DNA from: an uncultured archaeon
Lineage (GTDB): Archaea > Asgardarchaeota > Lokiarchaeia > Sigyniarchaeales > Promethearchaeaceae
Direction of reading: 5' to 3'
Assembly (NCBI GenBank): GCA_964426185.1
Contig: CAYRPF010000014.1
Coordinates: 1 to 32,000 of the forward strand
Length of the DNA stretch: 32,000 bases
Both the position numbers and the translations under genes were made by a program. Below the pieces are notes generated by a model. The model ran no database searches, was not told where the DNA came from, and worked only from the letters and a program-made list of their open reading frames with translations. Each line of letters opens with the position of its first letter. Within the stretch, counting starts at the first letter, position 1. This document shows positions 10,008-19,178 of the stretch, piece after piece.

Positions 10008-10766
10008 TTAGCTTAATCTTAACATATTTTTTATATAGGTTATTTCATCTTTAATGCCTTTTTCCGCTAAATCTAATAATTGCTTTAATTCTTCTCGGTT
10101 GAAAGTTCTTCCTTCGGCGGTGCCTTGGATTTCCACCAAGTTCATTTCTTCATCCATCACTATATTCATATCCACATCAGCTTGACTATCTTCTTCATAA
10201 AATAAATCTAATAAAACTTGTTTGTTAACAATTCCTACCGAAATTGCCGCAATTACCTTGAATGCAGGCATATCTTGAATGAATTCCATTTCAATAGCTT
10301 TTTGTAAGGCATCATATACGGCTACAAACCCTCCAGTTATAGAAGCACATCGGGTTCCACCATCGGCTTGTATTACATCTGCATCCACTTTTACGGTAAT
10401 TTCGCCTAAATGTTCAAAATCAAACGCTGCCCGCATCGCTCGACCAATTAATCTCTGAATTTCGTGGCTTCTCCCCGAGATTGTTCGTTTACGATCCCGA
10501 TTTCTGCGGGTATTTGTTGCTCTTGGCAAGAGATCATATTCAGAAGTGATCCATCCTTTTCCAGAATCTTTCAAAAAACGTGGAACATTCTCTTCTATCG
10601 AGGCTGTAACAATTATTTTTGTATCACCCTGTTCGATCAAAACACTACCTTCAGGCCATTTTAGGTAATTTCTGGTAATTTTGAGCGGTCGGATTTCATC
10701 CATTTTTCGGCCATCAAGTCTTTGGCTATTTGTTGAATTCATTGTATTATTACTCAAGTTTATCAC
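10008..10766 (-). CDS. rph: Ribonuclease PH, bacterial type
   Basis: EGSVLIEQGDTK, GKGWITSEYDLLPRAT, SGRSHEIQRLIGRAMRA, DVIQADGGTRCASITG, DL.YEEDS.ADVDMN, EIQGTAEG. Start GTG 10766 or ATG 10742. Confidence 0.93.
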   Translation of the reverse strand: MINLSNNTMNSTNSQRLDGRKMDEIRPLKITRNYLKWPEGSVLIEQGDTKIIVTASIEENVPRFLKDSGKGWITSEYDLLPRATNTRRNRDRKRTISGRSHEIQRLIGRAMRAAFDFEHLGEITVKVDADVIQADGGTRCASITGGFVAVYDALQKAIEMEFIQDMPAFKVIAAISVGIVNKQVLLDLFYEEDSQADVDMNIVMDEEMNLVEIQGTAEGRTFNREELKQLLDLAEKGIKDEITYIKNMLRLS

Positions 10767-10852
10767 TCATATTTATCAATAATCTCAATTTACTATTAAT
10801 GTAAATCACGTGAGTATAAGAGTATTTGGGCATTTTAAGGTGATAATAATTT

Positions 10853-11134
10853 ATGAATACTGATCAAATCATTCTCCATATACAAGAAGATCCCGATGTA
10901 AATAAGATTTATAGGATTGATCCTGAATCACAATTTTACTTTCAAGAAATTACTGCAGAAGATTTAGAATTTCTGCGCAAAATCTATCCTAATTTTACAG
11001 TTTTTTCTAAAACTCCTATGTGGTGTATAACCGGTATTTCATCCCACATCAGCACTCCATCAAAAGCTTATGCAAAAATAAAAATATATCTAAATAGAGA
11101 TGGTGAAATGGTATCGAAATTTAAGAATTTCTAA
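10853..11134 (+). CDS. Hypothetical protein (93 aa)
   Basis: ATG preceded by GGTGA; divergent from rph; no recognised motif. Confidence 0.6.
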   Translation: MNTDQIILHIQEDPDVNKIYRIDPESQFYFQEITAEDLEFLRKIYPNFTVFSKTPMWCITGISSHISTPSKAYAKIKIYLNRDGEMVSKFKNF

Positions 11135-11242
11135 ATGAATGAAAAAGATTTAGAAATAATATTATATTACTGTAAGAATTCTCAAAAAAATAAGAATTAG
11201 AAATAAATAGTTAAGTTTGCACTAGTTACTTGTTGTGATATT

Positions 11243-12067
11243 ATGCTTTCAACCCATATTGAACAATTATGGGATCAAAATCCCGAATTTCGGCAAAAAA
11301 TCATTCAATTTCTTTCTTCTTTGGATGTAAGTGATGATTTTTATGCAGGGGAAGAAAATAAGATAGAACAACATCAAAATCAACCTCCATCTTTTGAACT
11401 AATTTTAAAGTTGGGGCTTTTATTAGTTCATCCTAATCCGAATATTCGAAATCAGGCTGTAAATTTTTACAATCAAAATTTTCCTTCTTTTGGATTGCAG
11501 TTATTTGATCCAGGAAATATAATTGATGAAATGCCACTTACTATCAAGTCCATTATCGTTCAAAAAATGATTCAAAATTATAAAAACGCTGATTCTAATT
11601 ACCTCAATTTCGCCACTTTCTGGTTAGGTATGTACGGTACAGAAGATTGCTTGCCGTTTTTGATCAAAAATTTGTCTCATCCTTCAATAGGTATTGTAGA
11701 ACAAGTAATTCGTACTTTAGGAATTTATGGTTCACCTCGTGCGATTCCTTATCTATTGCCCTTAATTCATCGTTTTAATGATTCTCCAGAAATAAAAAAA
11801 GCCGTAATTGAAGCTGTTGGAATCCTGGGTGAAGAAGGTATTGGAATTCAAAGTTTAATCCATGAGCTTTATTCAAAGGATAATACCGATTACGATATTT
11901 TGGAAGATTATCTAAAATCTTTTGGAGCGAGAATTTTGAAGTATATTTCTTGTGAAATAGAATTCGAAAAGGAAACCGAGCGAAAGAAAAAACTGCAAAT
12001 ATTCTGCAATAAGATTTCCCACATATATGCTATTAAAAATTCACAGCAATACAATATACTTTTATGA
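11243..12067 (+). CDS. HEAT/PBS-lyase-like repeat protein
   Basis: LVHPNPNIRNQAV, EQVIRTLGIYGSPRAIPYLLPL, SPEIKKAVIEAVGILG. Confidence 0.8.
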   Translation: MLSTHIEQLWDQNPEFRQKIIQFLSSLDVSDDFYAGEENKIEQHQNQPPSFELILKLGLLLVHPNPNIRNQAVNFYNQNFPSFGLQLFDPGNIIDEMPLTIKSIIVQKMIQNYKNADSNYLNFATFWLGMYGTEDCLPFLIKNLSHPSIGIVEQVIRTLGIYGSPRAIPYLLPLIHRFNDSPEIKKAVIEAVGILGEEGIGIQSLIHELYSKDNTDYDILEDYLKSFGARILKYISCEIEFEKETERKKKLQIFCNKISHIYAIKNSQQYNILL

Positions 12068-12086
12068 GAGCTATAATGTTATATAA

Positions 12087-13232
12087 TTGCAAACTTCTAT
12101 GATTTCCTTTCCCCCATTTCGCAAATATTACTTTATAGCTTGGATTGTAATATATATCCTTGGACTATGTGCTTGGTTTTGTGAAATTTGTCCAAATTAT
12201 TTCTTTATAGTGGTTGAAATCTATATATTGGCTTTTTTCGGCTTAAACCTGTATTATTCTCTAAGTTCGCGAAATCATCCCGAGAAGATACATCACCCAG
12301 AATTCTTTATTAACGAAATTCTTTTAGCGGCCACCTATTTGGGTTTAGTGATATATCTTCCCTTTATTTTTCCTCGATCTTTGGGAGAAGATTTATGGCG
12401 TTTTATTTATTTTAATTTGTGGAATTCTCTTTCTATCCACCAATTATGTTGGGTAATTTATATCAAAGTCGCGCGTCAGAATAACCGTAAGAAGCACCGT
12501 ATGTTGTTATATTCAGAATGGGTCAATCTTGTAAAGGAAATTCATGCCTCCAAAGATGAGAAGGCACATAATTTTACCCGGAAACTCATGCATTTTGGAA
12601 TTTCTGCCGGTTTAATCCTAATTTATTATTGCGGGCCGTTATTTATCCAACTCCCTGTCTTTTCTCAATTAGGGATTACTTCAGATTTGTTTGTCAAATA
12701 TTGGTGGTTTGCTATCTGCTTGCATTTACTTTGGATGTTAAATCTGGCTGATCTCTTCCGGTTGCAAAGTTTCTCTGATTTAGGACGCTTTGCAACTCGA
12801 TGGTTGGAATCATCTATTAGAAATCACGAGTTTTATACTTTCACTTCGGCACCTTTGATGATTATTTCTTGGTTTCCTTTTTTGTTGGCATCTCAACTAA
12901 TTTTTATCATCATTGCACTTAATGGTTCTGTAAGTGATGCTTTGGCAAGTATTTTTGGAAAGAAATACGGAAAGGTGCGCGATATTCGAGGAAAAACTAA
13001 AATTGGATATATTGCAGGGTTTGTATCCACCTTTATTTTAACTTTTTTGGGAATATTGATATTTCTTCCTTCAATTTCTGTAAATTCATCTATTGGATGG
13101 ATTTTTATGATTTCATTAATCTGTGGTATAGCATTCTTTATGATAGATCGCTTCACGACGATTGTGTCTGATAATTTTTTAATTCCACTGGTAGTTGGAA
13201 TTATTCTATGGATCTTTATTATATTGTCATAA
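12087..13232 (+). CDS. CTP-dependent polyprenol/diacylglycerol kinase-like membrane protein (dolichol/phytol kinase, Dgk1 family)
   Basis: Multi-TM protein with RKLMH, SDALASIFGKKYG, KTKIGYIAGF and SDNFLIP motifs. Start may be ATG 12099. Confidence 0.8.
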   Translation: MQTSMISFPPFRKYYFIAWIVIYILGLCAWFCEICPNYFFIVVEIYILAFFGLNLYYSLSSRNHPEKIHHPEFFINEILLAATYLGLVIYLPFIFPRSLGEDLWRFIYFNLWNSLSIHQLCWVIYIKVARQNNRKKHRMLLYSEWVNLVKEIHASKDEKAHNFTRKLMHFGISAGLILIYYCGPLFIQLPVFSQLGITSDLFVKYWWFAICLHLLWMLNLADLFRLQSFSDLGRFATRWLESSIRNHEFYTFTSAPLMIISWFPFLLASQLIFIIIALNGSVSDALASIFGKKYGKVRDIRGKTKIGYIAGFVSTFILTFLGILIFLPSISVNSSIGWIFMISLICGIAFFMIDRFTTIVSDNFLIPLVVGIILWIFIILS

Positions 13233-13316
13233 AAAAATCACTCAGCGGAAGATTTTTCTATAAATTTTATAAGGTTATTCTCGGTATTATAGGTTAACAA
13301 AACTGCGGGGGAGAAC

Positions 13317-13625
13317 ATGGAGTTTAGTTTGGAAGAAGAGATTTATTGTGAAATCTTACAAGCTTTCGAGTTAAAACAATTTAATTCTGGCTTTGAAGAG
13401 CGAGAAATCATTAAATTGATGCGAATGCTTCAAGATTCGTCTTTAAATCAAGAAATAATTAATATTGTCGTAAAAAATGCAATTATTCTACTCCTGACTT
13501 TGTTTTTTAGAAAAAATTCGTTGGAATTATCCGGTTCTTCTGCATCTTCAGAAAATATAGAGAAAAATACTAAAAAATTATTTCTAAATATGCTCAACGG
13601 AGAAATAATTACAGTTCATCCATAA
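13317..13625 (+). CDS. Hypothetical helical protein (102 aa)
   Basis: Strong GGGGGAG upstream of the ATG; no recognised motif. Confidence 0.6.
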   Translation: MEFSLEEEIYCEILQAFELKQFNSGFEEREIIKLMRMLQDSSLNQEIINIVVKNAIILLLTLFFRKNSLELSGSSASSENIEKNTKKLFLNMLNGEIITVHP

Positions 13626-13707
13626 TTTACAACATTTCCAAAATTTTATTTTTTACTCGTTCTAACTAAATGATAATCGAAAGAAAATAACACCTCTTGA
13701 AATTACT

Positions 13708-14781
13708 ATGGCCATTACTTCCCCAGAAATGAATTTTGAAAATTCTGATGGTGAAAATAACCCCCACAACAGAATATCTCTCTATACTATAAAGGATTAT
13801 CGCGAAATCGGGCAAAAATACGATGTTTTTTTGGCTAATGCTAGTGTAGCCTACCGAAAAGGTAAATCCATCCTTCATGATATAACTCTCTACTTAAAAC
13901 CGGGGGAAATTTTAGGACTCATTGGAGGAAGTGGCGCTGGAAAAAGCACATGTATGCGTGTGATGACTGGGCAAATTAAACCACCGCAGTTGACTCATGG
14001 ATTTGCTGTAACCGCAGGTTGTCGGGCGGTTAGAGACAATCTCAAGTTAATTCAAAAAATAGGTTATGTTCCTCAACTAGAATATCTTTCACTTTATGAA
14101 GAATTTTCTGCCTTAGATAATTGCTTATTTTTCGGAAGAAATTACTGCATTCCAAAGAAGCAGATTCTTAAGCGCGCTCGGGAAATTCTTCAAATTCTTG
14201 GATTTGAAAACGAAGAGCTTTTAAAGAAACCCGTCAAATATCTTTCAGGAGGTGAACGAAAAAGGGTCTCAATTGCGGTCGGCTTGATAAATACCCCTCG
14301 GGTCTTGTTTCTCGATGAGCCTACTACGGGGCTGGATCCTCACTTAAGAATTGGTGTTTTAAACTTTCTCTTGAAAATCAACAAAGAATTTAATACCACC
14401 ATGATTATCGTTTCGCATGATTTAGAAATTGCGGATTACTGCACGAAAGTTGCGATACTAAATTATGGAGAGTTGGCAGGTTTCGGTAAACCAAAGGAAT
14501 TGATAGAATCTTTACCGAGTAAGGGAAAAAATCTTACAGTTCATTTCCAGAACTATAATTTCCGCAAAAATTTAAAACAAGTTCAAAATATTTCTGGAGT
14601 AGAGTATGTACTAAATACTGGTCGAAACCAGATCAAAATTTTTTCAGATTCAATAGAAGAATATCCAAACATAATTAAACAATTGGAGCAAATTGGCTTG
14701 GAGATTTCACATTTCAGCTTAGATCATTCTGTTTTTTTGGATTATTTTAGAATAAAAGGAAAACACATTACAGGAGTATGA
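13708..14781 (+). CDS. ABC-2 exporter ATP-binding subunit 1
   Basis: Walker A GGSGAGKS, Q-loop GYVPQ, LSGGE, Walker B LFLDEPTTGLDP, H-loop SH. Confidence 0.95.
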   Translation: MAITSPEMNFENSDGENNPHNRISLYTIKDYREIGQKYDVFLANASVAYRKGKSILHDITLYLKPGEILGLIGGSGAGKSTCMRVMTGQIKPPQLTHGFAVTAGCRAVRDNLKLIQKIGYVPQLEYLSLYEEFSALDNCLFFGRNYCIPKKQILKRAREILQILGFENEELLKKPVKYLSGGERKRVSIAVGLINTPRVLFLDEPTTGLDPHLRIGVLNFLLKINKEFNTTMIIVSHDLEIADYCTKVAILNYGELAGFGKPKELIESLPSKGKNLTVHFQNYNFRKNLKQVQNISGVEYVLNTGRNQIKIFSDSIEEYPNIIKQLEQIGLEISHFSLDHSVFLDYFRIKGKHITGV

Positions 14782-14787
14782 TTTTAT

Positions 14788-15975
14788 TTGACTGAAGAGA
14801 TTTTTTCTGATGCTCGTTCTCGTGCATTAAGAATAACTAACATGGTACGAAAAGAAATTAAGAGCTTGCTATCAGATAAAACTGCGATTTTTATCTTGTT
14901 TTTCATTCCTTTTTTGCTCATCACGATTTTAGGGACTTCGCAACCCAATCTAGAAGCGACAAATACGACTATCTGGATAATTGATTATGATAATTCAGAA
15001 ACTTCTGAGCAGTTTATTGAAACCATGAAATCCTTGAATCTGTCATTGGCAATAGGTCAAAAAATTAGTGTTAGTTTTTTCACTTCTGGTGAACTTGCCC
15101 CCATTCAACCTAATTTTGGAGAAAAGGAGACTTATGGATTGGTTTCCGAGGAACTTGCCCAAAAAACATTAACTACTCAATTTCTAGATGCATATATTAT
15201 ATTACCCGAAGGATTTGAAGATAATATCAAAACCAATGGAACAACTCCCATTATTGTTTATTATGATTCTATTGATTTTATGAAAATGCTCGTTTCAGAC
15301 ATGGTTGTTTTAGCTGGTACCAGCGAAATTCAAATGAAAAATATGTTATTTGAGCGTGATATCATCTATTTTCCCGAAACTCGCCCTGAAAACCTGGATC
15401 TCAATATATTAGATATGGGTGCCCCAAATTTCGTTCCCTTAATGCTTTTCATCACCATGCAACTTATTTCTTCTCAATCCATTGTGGGTGATATTCCTCT
15501 ACGACGACTTTTGAACACTTCTCTCAAACGCGGTGAGGTAGTTACTGGAAAATTAATCGCCTATTCCTTCATTGGAATTATCCAAGTTCTCCTTACCATG
15601 GCTTTGTTATCCATTTTCAAAGTAACTATGCATTGCTTGTGGTTTGATCTTTTCTTGATTTTATTGCTTAATTCGGTGGCGGGTATTTCTATGGGTATTT
15701 TCATTTCAGTTGTTACGAAAAGTCGATTACAAGCATCTCAATTATTTCTTCTGCTCTTTTTCCTAATGTATATCAATGTATATTATGTTCGCAATATATT
15801 TTTCCTTACATTCATACCGATTGAACAGACGCGCAAAATTTACGAATTTCTTGCTTACCGTGGAAAGGGATTATCCATAGTTTGGGAACCAATCCTTTTT
15901 ATGACAATTACTGGGTTGTTCTTTTATGTGGCTTCTATAGTTTATATAAAATATATCAAAAAGGAGTTCATCTAA
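14788..15975 (+). CDS. ABC-2 type permease 1 with extracellular domain
   Basis: KEIK.LL.DK amphipathic start, TM1, extracellular loop (IIDYDNS ... YIILPEGF), then about 5 TMs; TTG start. Confidence 0.9.
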   Translation: MTEEIFSDARSRALRITNMVRKEIKSLLSDKTAIFILFFIPFLLITILGTSQPNLEATNTTIWIIDYDNSETSEQFIETMKSLNLSLAIGQKISVSFFTSGELAPIQPNFGEKETYGLVSEELAQKTLTTQFLDAYIILPEGFEDNIKTNGTTPIIVYYDSIDFMKMLVSDMVVLAGTSEIQMKNMLFERDIIYFPETRPENLDLNILDMGAPNFVPLMLFITMQLISSQSIVGDIPLRRLLNTSLKRGEVVTGKLIAYSFIGIIQVLLTMALLSIFKVTMHCLWFDLFLILLLNSVAGISMGIFISVVTKSRLQASQLFLLLFFLMYINVYYVRNIFFLTFIPIEQTRKIYEFLAYRGKGLSIVWEPILFMTITGLFFYVASIVYIKYIKKEFI

Positions 15976-15977
15976 AC

Positions 15978-17198
15978 ATGAAATTTCGCCTATTTACCAA
16001 ATCAACTTCCAAAAATTCATGGAATCAATGGAAAGATTTTCATCTTATTAATCCCCTGAAGCGGTATGGCGCATTGATTATCAAAGAAATCCGAGTTTTA
16101 ATTAATGATAAAGGGGCTATGGTGATAACTTACTTCATACCTCTAATTGTGGTGCTTGTTTTAACAATTGGTTCTTCTGGGCAGTTAATAGCTACCTCTG
16201 ATTCAGGGAGCAGCACCCAAGTCAATGAACTCTTCAAAAACGAAACACCTGTTATTGGCTTAATCGATTATGATAACAGTGAAGGGTTTCTCGATAGGGA
16301 TCTTTCCTCGGATTTTGTTGCTCAATTTCAAGAGGCCCAAATACGCGGCATGTGCACTTTATTTGAAACCACCAATCAGACAGAATTGGAATATTTAATA
16401 GGCGAGGGGGAAATCAGCGCATTTATCATAATACCTAATATGTTTGAATTCAATCTTTCTATTCATCTTCCAGTGATTGTTCCAGTAGTTATCGATTCGA
16501 TTAATACTGCTAATTTACAAGCAACACAGAAGATTGTAGATTCAATTATCCAAGAATTTAAACAAGATAATGATTTTACTGGCGTTTTCAAAGTTGATAA
16601 AGAATTAGTCAATGTTCCTGAAAAAAACCAAATATTTTTCGCCGCAGCCCCATATATTATTCCTCTGGTTATTTTTGGAATTGGATCACTAACCTCAAGT
16701 CAGTGCATTGTTTCGGATATTCCGAAAGATCGTATGGTATTAACACCCACAAATAAAGGCGAAATGATGGCAGCAAAAGTTTCAGCCAATATTATTATTC
16801 AAATGGGCGTAATTATCATTTTTCTCATAACAAGCGCCTTAGTTGAATTGCAAATCATGACTACTTACATTACTTATTTCATCGTTCTTTTATTAATGGT
16901 GATCAATTCTATTTTGGTAGGAGTGGCGATTTCAGCAATTTCTAAAACAGCATTGGCGGCATATCAATATTTTATATTCATTTTTATATTTCAAATAGTA
17001 GCTATTCTGTTTATAGAGAATCCATTTATATTAATGACTTTGCCTTTATACAATGGATATCAATTAATTCTACAAATAGTATTACGTGGGCAATCATTTT
17101 GGTCAATACGTATGAATATTTTAAGCATGGCTGTAGAATCGTTTGTCATTTATTTAATAGGTTATATTGTATTCCGAATTCAGAAAACAATGTTGTAA
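15978..17198 (+). CDS. ABC-2 type permease 2
   Basis: KEIRVLINDK, LIDYDNS, FIIIPNMF, multiple TMs. Start reassigned to ATG 15978, which follows AAGGAG and lies 2 nt after the previous stop. Confidence 0.9.
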   Translation: MKFRLFTKSTSKNSWNQWKDFHLINPLKRYGALIIKEIRVLINDKGAMVITYFIPLIVVLVLTIGSSGQLIATSDSGSSTQVNELFKNETPVIGLIDYDNSEGFLDRDLSSDFVAQFQEAQIRGMCTLFETTNQTELEYLIGEGEISAFIIIPNMFEFNLSIHLPVIVPVVIDSINTANLQATQKIVDSIIQEFKQDNDFTGVFKVDKELVNVPEKNQIFFAAAPYIIPLVIFGIGSLTSSQCIVSDIPKDRMVLTPTNKGEMMAAKVSANIIIQMGVIIIFLITSALVELQIMTTYITYFIVLLLMVINSILVGVAISAISKTALAAYQYFIFIFIFQIVAILFIENPFILMTLPLYNGYQLILQIVLRGQSFWSIRMNILSMAVESFVIYLIGYIVFRIQKTML

Positions 17199-17235
17199 TT
17201 TCTTTTTAGTAAAAAAAAAAATTTCAGGATGAAAA

Positions 17236-19176
17236 ATGTCAGAAATTCAGAAAGAAAATGAAGAAGAAATCATAGAACAAAGTATATTTGGGAGAAATCA
17301 ATTCCAAGAGTTGATCGAATGGCTTAAAGCTCGTAAAATGTTCCTTATCAACTGTGAGATTACAGGAATGTATAATCAAACCGAACAATTTTTTAAAGGG
17401 CGAGGCGTTATACTGAAGCGATATGATGGGCAAGTTTTTCCCAATACTATATATATTTTGTTAAATGAAGGTGATATTGGAAAAGATGATATTTTGATCG
17501 GGCGTAGAATTATCGAAATCACCAATCAACAGCCGATTCAACCATTTCAAGCTTTTGCATTTGCCCAATTAGATATTTCAGAATTACCTGAAACAATTAC
17601 TCCAAATGTATTTGTTCTGGAAAATTCATTCAAAAAAGACTTGCAACATCAAATATTTTTCCGAAATCGAGAATTTGATCACAGCCTTCATTTTCTCACA
17701 TCTTTGATTAAAAAATATGAAGTAAATGCATTTATTGAAGGTGTTCTAGTTTCCAAAGATAAGCAGATCCCTTGTGTTATTACCGGAACGGTCAAATCTG
17801 TTGTTGGAAAAGATATTTATATATCTCTTTGGGATGCATTTGACCCTACTGATCCTCTAAATGATGAAACAAAGGAATGGCTCACTCGGGATTGGATTAT
17901 TCAAGTCGGCCAGCAAGGTATCAATAAAGTTCATCCCACTTATTTATTATTCGAGACTGGGGAGGAACTTTCACTCACTCGACAAGTGCTAACAACTAAA
18001 AATCTTTCCGTTTCATTTTCTGGAAGAAAAATTTTGGATAATGTTTCATTTAATTTGGAGAAAGGTGAAATTTTGGGCATTATCGGCGAATCGGGAGCAG
18101 GAAAAAGTACCACTGTTAAAGCAATATTAGGGGAAGTGGAGTATGATGGAGAAATTTCTGTTTTTGGAATTGATGCACATGATACAAAAAGCATCGCTCC
18201 CTTTATTGGTTATGTCCCTCAAGATCTCTCCCGAATGTATCAAAACTTCAATTGTTTGGAAAACATTGTAGCATTCGGAAGACAATATGGAGTTCCTGAT
18301 GAAATGTTGATCCAACGCGGGAAAAAAATCCTAATGGATTTAGGAATCGGGCATGTTGCCAACCAACCCGTATCTTCTCTCTCAGGAGGCCAAAAACGGA
18401 GAGCTAGCATAGCAATTGCAATGGTACATAATCCTTATTTAATTTTCTTAGATGAACCGACAAGTGGATTAGATCCTTTGGCGAGATATGAACTTTGGGA
18501 TTATTTAGATATGATAAATAAGGATTACGGAATATCATTGGTTGTAATTTCCCATTACTTAGATGAAATAGAATATTGTGATAAAGCATGCATCTTTTTA
18601 CGGGGAATCGGGTTTTATGATTATAATTCTCCCCGTGGATTGAAGAATTCTTTACCTGGAAAGGGACTAGCCTTAGAAATTACCCTTGAAACAGTTAATA
18701 TTGAAGCGGTTGAAGTACTAAAACAAGTTCACGGGGTTGACTTCGCTATTCAACGAGGAGAACGAATTAGATTGTTGAGCGATGTACCTTCAAAAATTTT
18801 GGGTGAACGCGTAATGCATGCATTGAAAACTGCGAAAATTCCATTACACAGCATAACATATAAAGTATCAGTAGATATGGTTGATTATTTCACATATGTG
18901 AGTATTATTCACCAGCAAAAAGGGGAAGGAAGTTTAGGACATCGTACAAAAGACGAAGTCTTAGAAATTACCAAACAAAATCGTTACAATACCGAAGCGG
19001 GAATTGTGCATCTATCGAAAGGGCAATCCTTGGTTGTAGATGTAGATATGGATAAAATCCAAGTGCCTTTGGAAAATGTGGATGAAATCCGCGAGTCTCT
19101 GAAAGAAAAGAAAGCAAAGAAATCGCCAAAAAATCACCAATCTGATGAAAATTTAGAAAAAGAATCGGAGGGATAG
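17236..19176 (+). CDS. ABC-2 ATP-binding subunit 2 with about 245-aa N-terminal extension
   Basis: GESGAGKS, GYVPQ, LSGGQ, IFLDEPTSGLDP and SH in the C-terminal part; unassigned N-terminal region and charged C-terminal tail. Confidence 0.92.
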   Translation: MSEIQKENEEEIIEQSIFGRNQFQELIEWLKARKMFLINCEITGMYNQTEQFFKGRGVILKRYDGQVFPNTIYILLNEGDIGKDDILIGRRIIEITNQQPIQPFQAFAFAQLDISELPETITPNVFVLENSFKKDLQHQIFFRNREFDHSLHFLTSLIKKYEVNAFIEGVLVSKDKQIPCVITGTVKSVVGKDIYISLWDAFDPTDPLNDETKEWLTRDWIIQVGQQGINKVHPTYLLFETGEELSLTRQVLTTKNLSVSFSGRKILDNVSFNLEKGEILGIIGESGAGKSTTVKAILGEVEYDGEISVFGIDAHDTKSIAPFIGYVPQDLSRMYQNFNCLENIVAFGRQYGVPDEMLIQRGKKILMDLGIGHVANQPVSSLSGGQKRRASIAIAMVHNPYLIFLDEPTSGLDPLARYELWDYLDMINKDYGISLVVISHYLDEIEYCDKACIFLRGIGFYDYNSPRGLKNSLPGKGLALEITLETVNIEAVEVLKQVHGVDFAIQRGERIRLLSDVPSKILGERVMHALKTAKIPLHSITYKVSVDMVDYFTYVSIIHQQKGEGSLGHRTKDEVLEITKQNRYNTEAGIVHLSKGQSLVVDVDMDKIQVPLENVDEIRESLKEKKAKKSPKNHQSDENLEKESEG

Positions 19177-19178
19177 AA

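Noticed and set aside
10804-10813. TCACGTGA palindrome in the divergent promoter
   Set aside because: A single 8-bp palindrome is expected by chance in a window of this size.
15882-15977. N-terminal extension of permease 2 in the ORF track
   Set aside because: It overlaps permease 1; ATG 15978 with an upstream AAGGAG is the better start.
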